Shown here: positions 56,041-64,000 of the stretch, piece after piece
How positions within the stretch are numbered: position 1 is the first letter of the stretch
Layout: every line of letters starts with the position of its first letter
Notes under the pieces: model-generated
Told to the model about the DNA's origin: nothing
Databases searched by the model: none
The model's input: only the letters and a program-made list of their open reading frames with translations
Translations under genes and position numbers: made by a program
Assembly: GCF_009914755.1 (NCBI RefSeq)
Contig: NC_060931.1
Reading direction: 5' to 3' (one strand)
From: the human T2T-CHM13v2.0 reference genome, Homo sapiens
Length of the DNA: 64,000 nucleotides

Positions 56041-56645
56041 TTAAGAGAAAAGAAACAAAGTATTATTTTCACACATAAACCATTTGTTAGGGTGAGGATT
56101 AAGATTCACTCAAAGCCATCTCAGCCCATGGTGTGGTGCAGCTGGGAACATGACTGCATAAATATATCACCCATTACCATTTCTTTTTCTTCCTTTATCT
56201 CTTAACAAAATATAGCTGGCTTTTCTGGCTTCTTCCATAGCTTCTTTGGTAATCATCATATTCCAAGTCCTTTTACTGACACACTGACACATTCTTCTCC
56301 TAACATTCTTTTCAGAGACACCCTTGTTTATCCCTTAAGTTTTCTTGCACTTGATATAACCATGTCTTCCTGGTCTCTGATGCTGATCACTGCACTCTGA
56401 TAAGTAAAATGACAAGAATACCTTCCATAAATTAAAAAAAAATGGGGTTCACTGTTAACTGATTTCACATTGAGAAAAGTTATTCTGATGTTTTCAAAAT
56501 TGCTTAGTTCTATTTCAAAATTCAAAACCAGCATAATTTTAAGTTAGCTGAATAGGGCATCTGGATATGTAGGCATATTTATTTTTGAAAAGGGTTAAGG
56601 GCTTGATAACAGAGAAGGCAGAGTTCCTTTCTCAAATCTTAAGCA

Positions 56646-56888
56646 ATAAATCCTTCACAATAATTTATGATAAGAACCTTAACAAGGGCAGTGACCACAG
56701 GAAGAAAGAGAAGATATGACAGGCAAAAAAAGTCCTATGGAAAATGGAGTCAACAATACTGATTGCAACTGTAAAAATTGTTGACTCCATTTTCCATAGG
56801 ACTTATTTTGCCTGTCATATCTTCTCTTTCTTCCTGTGGTCACTGCCCTTGTTAAGGTTCTTATCATAAATAATTGTGGAGGATTTAT
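56646..56888. repeat. Long near-perfect inverted repeat (112-bp arms, 19-nt spacer)
   Basis: 56646-56757 is the reverse complement of 56777-56888, with 3 substitutions and no indels. Confidence 0.98.
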
Positions 56889-57099
56889 CAGAGGATGGGA
56901 AAGCCAGATGTTTCCTAGATAAATAATTCAATAGTGATGTTGTCAACCGTGTAGAGAATGCTGACCCCTCAGCATCTAAGCTAGTAAACCATGGCTGTCC
57001 TTCAGATACCAGTCTCTCTCTAGAACCTCCACACGTTTGTATTTGCTGGGCCCTTTTGTAGTACGTATTACTTTTCTCTCTCCTTTTCTCCTTAGAAAT

Positions 57100-57380
57100 C
57101 TTTTTCATAGTGATGTCGGAAGTTTTCATCTCTTTTAGGAAACTTTTTTGAACCATCCAGCAGCTACAGATTCCCTTCTGTTGCTTCTTGACCTGCTGCT
57201 TCTCATACTCCTGTGGTAGTACCTGTACTTTGTATTATAATTGTTTGCAAGTTCATCTCCTGGTCCTCAAGGACAGGGCTGTGCTTTGCACATCTTAATG
57301 CCCTCAGCACAGCAAACAATTCCAGGCATGTGATATAGAGTCTACAGATTCTATAAATGTATACCAAAAACATGAATGGT
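57100..57380 (+). mobile_element. L2 3' end fragment
   Basis: actttgtattataattgtttg...ctcaaggacagggctgtg...catcttaatgccctcagcac...ataaatgt...atgaatg. Confidence 0.55.
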
Positions 57381-60084
57381 AGGATAATGAGTTAGGCTTG
57401 TTTTCTTGAGCATGAATGGAGAGATACTAATTATGTAGTTAAAAACATGAATCAGGAACACAAGGGGAAAGGATATTGAGACAGGCACACAGATATGAAT
57501 GTGGGATTGATTTAGGTCACTGAGAAAGAATGGGTGTCAGAAAAAAATAAAGATGACTACAGTCGTCTTACAGAAACCAAGAGGAGAAAATGTGCCAGAT
57601 GGAGGAAGTTGTTAATAGTGTCAAGCAAAGCTGCTTCCTTCTTTATAAAATGTGAAATATAACACTTAATACACAGGAATATGTTGAGAACTAGATTGGA
57701 TAATATATGGAAAATGCTTAAAACAATGGCAGGAACAAAATGGTTACGAATAATCGTTTCAAAATAAAATACAATAATAATTGAAATGACAAAACTAGAT
57801 TTGGCAATTAGGAAGTAAGTATATGGTAATGACCACCATAGGAACAGCCTCGTTAGAAAGGAAGGGGCAGAAGCTTAATTTCTGTGTGGTGAGCAATAAA
57901 AATGGAATGGAAAAATAAAACAGCAAGTGGATACTTTCCACTTAAAAACTACATTGATGAAGGACAGGAGAGAGCTTGGGAGCTTCTGGAGCAGACAATA
58001 TTGTGTAAGAAATGTTAGGTTGTAGAAAATGAGACTTTTGAGCACGTATATAGCAGAAGAGAACGAACCAATAGAGAGGAAGAAATATTAGATCAGGGGA
58101 GGACAGAAAAGAAGGAGCTATGGAGGGGTCCACACAGCTTGGCATTCATGGAAAATTAAGGGAGGTTATGGGGGTTCTCCCTTTTCCACAGGATGGGAGA
58201 TGAGGTTTCCTGATAAACGAAGGGCTTAAGAGTAGTTCAGAAGTTTAAGAGAAGTCATGAATATGTTGAGTAGTCATGAGAATGAGAACGGAAACTGAAA
58301 AGTGAGAATGGAAGAAAAAGAGAGAAATTATTAAACTGCATTTGTGACTGTCAGTCCTTGCCTGCCTTGGTTTTACCCATCTGACCACAAAAACTGCCTG
58401 CTACCCACAAGGTTAGTCCCTCATCACTGAGAGTTCCTTTTTTCCTACCGGGGAATAGAGGTGAGTCCAGAGATGAGCTGTTGTTGCCCAGAGCCAAAAT
58501 CAGCAATGGGCAGAATGCTGGGCACTGAAAGAATTAATCCATTGCTGCCCACAGAAATGAGCCAAGTGGAAACATTTCCAGTGGGTCAAACAAAATCAAG
58601 GTTAACATTACCCGGATTCAAAGCACGGAATTAAAAAAAAAAACTTTAAGGTCATTTTAATTTAAATGTTATAACCTGGTATCTTGAATATGAAGTTCCA
58701 GGCCTCCAGAAGGTGATACAAGAAATCAACATGAAGGCATCAAAAAATCATTTCTAGCCATAATTATGGGAAAGTAATTTTCATGTCTTTTGCTGCTTTC
58801 AAATCATTTTAGTTTTCAGCAAAAGCTCTGCCACCAGCTCTTCTGCCTCCTTTCCACAATAACTTTCTCATGCTCCCACTACACCCCATCCAACCAACTT
58901 CAACCAGGGAAGATTAAGGAAGAGTCTTTCTCTAAGTCTCTCTCTCTCTCTCTTTTTTTTGTTTGTTTTTTCAAGTTTCCAATGTCAGTAGTACCTAACT
59001 AATTAAATTCAAGATAAGGTTTTCGAGAAATTCTTAAGAATGGATGAAATAAGGTAGGTTTATAAGGAGACTGTGACCTGTGCAAGGAGTAATCTCCCGA
59101 TCCAGACATTCAAAGGGCCCAGGGTTCCTTCTCAGGTGCATCCAGACATTGGTTCACCACCACAGGCCCAGGAACTTAGCCCACTTCCCTCTCCTTTCTG
59201 GGGGACCAGTACCCTCTCTATGACTTGGATTTCTGGGCCATCCCCCTCATAACTGGATATAAAACAGGTCACATTCTTTTCAACTCTTCCCACCTTCATC
59301 CCTTCTACCCACTTTCCTCATCCTTTCTTTGCTACCACTAAAGACTCACACCAGATATACTTACATTTAAGTGTCGTACTGCTTAACATTAAGAGGCAAA
59401 TAAACAGGAGGTGATCAACATAATTAATCAGGGGGTGACACATTTTAAGGTATCTCACAAAGTTCTTACAATGTGTATCCCTGCTCTGTAATTCATGACT
59501 CATGGGTTGAGGTACTAAGTGGAAGCTTTTGGGCTACAGCTCTGTGCTTTGGCTCTCTCAAGCCTACGTAGATGCCTAAAATCACCCAACTAGAGTGCAG
59601 AGCAAGGCCTTGATATCAGGTCTGCCAGGCCCCAAAGCCAATTTCATAACAGTTTTGCTATTTTGGTCCAAAGTACAGATTGAAGACCTGCCAAGCTATA
59701 TGAGCTTCATTTACCTGATAAGCATTATCTAAATTTATCTGACAGTTTTTATTCTTGAGGATGGAATGTTATCATAACTTTCACATATTTTTCTTCTCCA
59801 GATTATTTGTTAAAATGGTTATTAGAAATCCAACTATATCCTGGTGTTGGTCTCCTAATAACCTTCACAGTAAAGTGCCTCTGACCTTACATGTTGAAGG
59901 TTGACCTTCCAGTGTCAAGGCATCTTGGTTCTAGAAAACCATAAAACACTGCCACGGGCCCTCACTTCTCTTTGGTCCAACTAAGTGACCTATCTGTATG
60001 AAAATACACAAGTGGGCAGGGGTAGGGAGAGACTGAAAGCTGTTCTATCTTTCCCATACTCAGAAGAACACTGGGTTGGCTTTA

Positions 60085-60447
60085 TGCATTAGTTTAATAT
60101 TTGCTACTGTAATAAATTACACAAATGTCGAATCTTAAAAGAATACAAATTATCTGACAGTTCTCTAGGTTAGAAGTCCAACAAGAATCTCATTGGACTA
60201 AAATCAACATGGTGGCAGGGCCAGGTTCCTTTCTGGAGTCTCTGCCTCTTTCCTCCACTTCTAAGAACTCTTGTGATAACATTGGACCACCAGGATAATC
60301 CAGAATAATCTCTTTAATGGCCAGCTGATTAGCAACTTTAATTCCATCTGCAACCTTAAATCTCCTTTGCCATACAAGCTAACATAGGTAGAGCTTCTGG
60401 GAATTAAGTCACAAACATCTTTGGAGGCTATTATTCTGCTTACCACA
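60085..60447 (-). mobile_element. MLT1D-like (ERVL-MaLR) LTR with internal deletion
   Basis: tgcattagttt...gctgattagcaactttaattccatctgcaaccttaa...tattctgcttaccaca. Shorter than a full MLT1D. Confidence 0.8.
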
Positions 60448-60899
60448 CTCTCGTTTAGGACTCACACATGAAGAATAAGGCCCATCATTCGAGAAGGAGC
60501 AAAGGCAATATGAGGCTGTCTCCAAAAGGGAGAATTCTTGGAGCAGAAGCTTGAAGCCAGAGCATCTCTACTCTCCCCTTCCCATCCCTCCTCCTCTCAT
60601 GTAAGACTGTAAGGTGATATTTTAGCCAAGAGTATTCTTATAGAGGCAGAAACCCAGAGAAAAGAAAGGATGTCATTCAGTTGGAGGCAGGTAGAGTTGC
60701 GAGTAGCTACTTGAAACCAGGGCAGATGATTTAGAGAGCTAATCTTTCTCACCAGTTAATAGTCGTTGCTATTTATCTTTCAGGGTCTTGTAGAGATCCA
60801 GTGAGATAGTGGATGCAAAGTGATTAGCATACTGCCTTATCCCTTTCTGGACTGCCCCATTTGTGTAGGTTTGTTATTGGTTTCAGACCTGTCCAAGGA

Positions 60900-60919
60900 C
60901 AATCAATCAATCAATCAAT
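60900..60919. repeat. (CAAT)5 microsatellite
   Basis: caatcaatcaatcaatcaat. Confidence 0.85.
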
Positions 60920-61604
60920 AAAAGATGTTTCTGTAGTATTTGTTTCCCAGAATTTTAGTGATGGAAAAGAGAGAGCAGGATTTAAATCCCTGGTTCATAG
61001 GCAATAAACTATAAAAATTGTTAATTGATTACATTGACTCAGGACTTATTTATTTGGGCATCTTTATTGACATTTGAGAGGATACCAAAAAGAAAAAAAG
61101 TTTTTCTATACACTTAAAGAAAGTTCCCTGGCAAAACAAATGTGCATAATTTTTAGGAAAGGCTGCATGTCATGAAAACAGGTGTTTAATCATAATTCTT
61201 ACTGGCATGCATCTAAAATTAAATCATGCAGAGTTAGTAATGTTAAAAACCATAATATTCTTCAATTATTATAATAATATGTTACCTTAAGCAAATGTGC
61301 TACAAGTTCCAAAGCACATCAATTTACATTAGTTCACCTTAAATGCAGGTATAGTTCTTGCCCCAACATCATTTCCAGTTGGCTCCTAAATTGGTTTATT
61401 TATGCTACTTAGCCCTTGGAATTAATCAACCATTCTGTCTTGAATTTACCTAAACAAATAGAGCATTCCTGATATAATTAGTCCAGATAGTATGGAGTAA
61501 TATGGGATTTAACATGAAAAATACATATTTTCCTAGGAAATGTCAGACTTTTCAGAATACACCTTCCACCCCTCCTCATTTAACATTTTATGATATATTC
61601 TACA

Positions 61605-61902
61605 GGCCAGGCATGGTAGCTCATGCCTGTAATCCCAGCACTTTGGGAGGCTGAGGCAGGCAGATCACTTGAGGTCAGGAGTTCCAAACCAGCCTGGCCA
61701 ATGTGGTGAAACCCCGTCTCTACTAAAAATAGAAAAATGAGCCAGGCATAGTGGCTTATGCCTGTAACCCCAGCTACTGGGGAGGCTGAGGAAAGAGCAT
61801 CACTTGAATCCAGGAGGCGGAGGTTGCAGTAACCTGAGATCGTGCAGTTGCACTCCAGCCTGGGTGACAGAGTGAGACTCTGTCTCAAAAATATATATAA
61901 TA
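61605..61902 (+). mobile_element. Alu SINE, AluSz-like
   Basis: Full Alu with gatcacttgaggtcaggag. Degenerate TSD tgatatattctaca / taataaatgctaca. Confidence 0.93.
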
Positions 61903-63887
61903 ATAAATGCTACAATTCCTAATTCGATAAAAGTTCTACACAACATCTGTGCTCACAGACTTAGAATTTTTGAAGGCAGGGTAAGAATTTGCTGTGATAT
62001 TGCTAACTCCACTTGCTAGAATAGGAATCCTCTAACAGGGACTTTATAGACAATGAACCATAAGGGACATTGGCTCTGCTGAACCAGCTTACCACTGACT
62101 GTGACTGCCTCTTTCAGCATGGAGCTGATGGAACAGACTCCTCTCTGTGAGTCACAGTTGAGCTGAGCTGGACTCGGATCCTATGACCAACCTGTAACAT
62201 GAGTTCAGCTTCTTTTCCCCTAACCCAAGAACAGTCAGTATGATGCTGCAGCTCTCTTACTCTCCATCATTAATGCTCTGTATATATTCACAAAATACAC
62301 ACATGGAATCTGTGTCACACACATTTTTCCTGTATGAGGAAAAATGACTGGATGTGAGGAAGACAGATGGAGTGGGAATGAGGAACCAAGGTTTCCTGCT
62401 TCTTGTTGAATCTGAGCTCTTCTTTGAGTTGTACCAGTGTAAGGAATATTTTAAATCCATTTTGTCAGAAAGTATTCACTCTGTACTCAGAAGGAATATC
62501 TCAGAATGCCACTGTCTAACAGCGTCATACCCGGTCTTACAAGGGTGAAGTCTAGACAATCATACATTACAATTTAAAGGATTTAAATAATCACTTAAAA
62601 TAATGTTTCACAAATGGCCAACATGAATGCTAAGTTTACTAGCAAACTAGACATCTTATTTTTTAAATTACCTTAACATTTAAAATTCTGAATAGCTTAT
62701 ACAAAAGACACTTAGACTACTGGATAATGTTGCTAATTGTGTCTCTTGTCCTGTTGCAATAGCTGAATTCTTACAAATACTATGTCTAAGTTATGAGCAC
62801 ATTACAAACATGCATACACACATGTGAATGTGCACATACACGGTTTTTCGTAATGGCATTTCCCTCAGCCATTAGTTTGTCATATGGACCAAAGTATTCA
62901 ATTTCACATGAAGTGGGATCTACAGGTAACTATTCAGAAATTTTCTCATCAGTCCCTAGTATAATCTCCTTAAACAACATAAAAGATTACACCTAAAATA
63001 CATTTATTTTTAGAATAACTATTTACCTCTAGACCGTTCAGATGTAGCCAGTAACAATGTTTTTCTATCTCCCCTATTTAAACTTACTTGATAATGGAGT
63101 GTCATACTATAGTGTTGTTTTTAATTTTTTTAATTAAAGTGAGAACTCTATTGTAGAGAGTTTTCTAAAAACACTTAAAGTCAATAAGCTGATACATCTT
63201 TTCCCAGGATCTGCTCTGAAAATGTATAACAAACAGGAAAGTCAGCCTGAGAGACATAAACAAGTCACCAGCCTCACCCAGTGACCCTTGACAGGGCCAA
63301 GAATGGACCTCCGGCTCTGGGGTCCAGTCCTGCTCACCACTTGGTGCTGCTGCCCTCTGCTCTTTTGTTTCTAATAAAGTTTAAGACACTTCCTGTCTAA
63401 ATCACATGTGGTTATAGTTCCATGATCCCCATAGTAACACTGAAAGAGAAAAGAAAGTGAGTAGACTCTGCTAAAAGTCAACCAGGATGTTAGAAATTCC
63501 TCTCCACTGACTAATCATCTTTCTGCTATTGAACCTTCCTGTCTTTAAGAAATCCTATTTGCGTCACACCATAAGTGAAATTCCAGACAGTTAGGCCTTT
63601 CACAATGAAACAAAAAAAAAACTTAGAAGGGGCAGAAGGCATTCATGTGAAAGTCTGCTGTTTATCAGTGTAATTCTGGAGTTGTGATTTTTTTGGTCAA
63701 ATTCCCTGGCACCTAAATAGGCAATTTGAGAATAGCATTTGTTCTCACCAAACTACTATTTGCACACACAATCTTTGTACAAGGTATTTTTTAAAACTGT
63801 CTAAATCTAAGTTTGTTGAATAAAATATTGTTTGAAGTTGATAGAATTTCAGCTGAAGGCTGATTATCATTTTGTTACATTGGAAAC

Positions 63888-64000
63888 TTTTTTCGTAACA
63901 GTTTTATTGTGATAAAGTTCATATACCATAAAATGTAGCCATTTAATGTGTACAATTCAATTGTTTTAGTATATTCACAGAATTGTGCAACTGTTACCAC
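63888..64000 (-). mobile_element. L1MB-type 3' end (continues past the window)
   Basis: aacagttttattgtgataaagttcatataccataaaat...tgtacaattcaa...tagtatattcacagaattgtgcaac. Confidence 0.75.

Noticed and set aside
56679-57156. ORFs overlapping the large hairpin
   Set aside because: Short, with no recognisable homology; best explained as chance ORFs.

Overview
This is AT-rich, CpG-depleted hominid (human-like) non-coding DNA, either intronic or intergenic. I recognise no host protein-coding exon, RNA gene or CpG island. A large share of the window is transposon-derived: five near-full AluS copies plus one Alu 3' stub, a 5'-truncated L1PA2 (the only real protein-coding remnant, ORF2 with two frameshifts), and solo LTRs with intact target-site duplications (MER41B, MER9/HERV-K9, THE1D). 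There are also older MLT1/LTR16/LTR33/ERVL LTRs, L1M, L2, MIR, MER2, MER5 and MER33 relics. The strongest unexplained structure is a 243-bp near-perfect fold-back at 56646-56888 (112-bp arms, 3 mismatches, 19-nt loop). Other notable features are several smaller template-switch hairpins, a ~190-bp diverged direct repeat at 29.6-30.4 kb, a MER41B that keeps one GAS/STAT site, candidate non-coding + strand exons, and repeat-free enhancer-like blocks. Repeat subfamily names come from my recall of consensus sequences, not from a database search, and boundaries of old elements are approximate.
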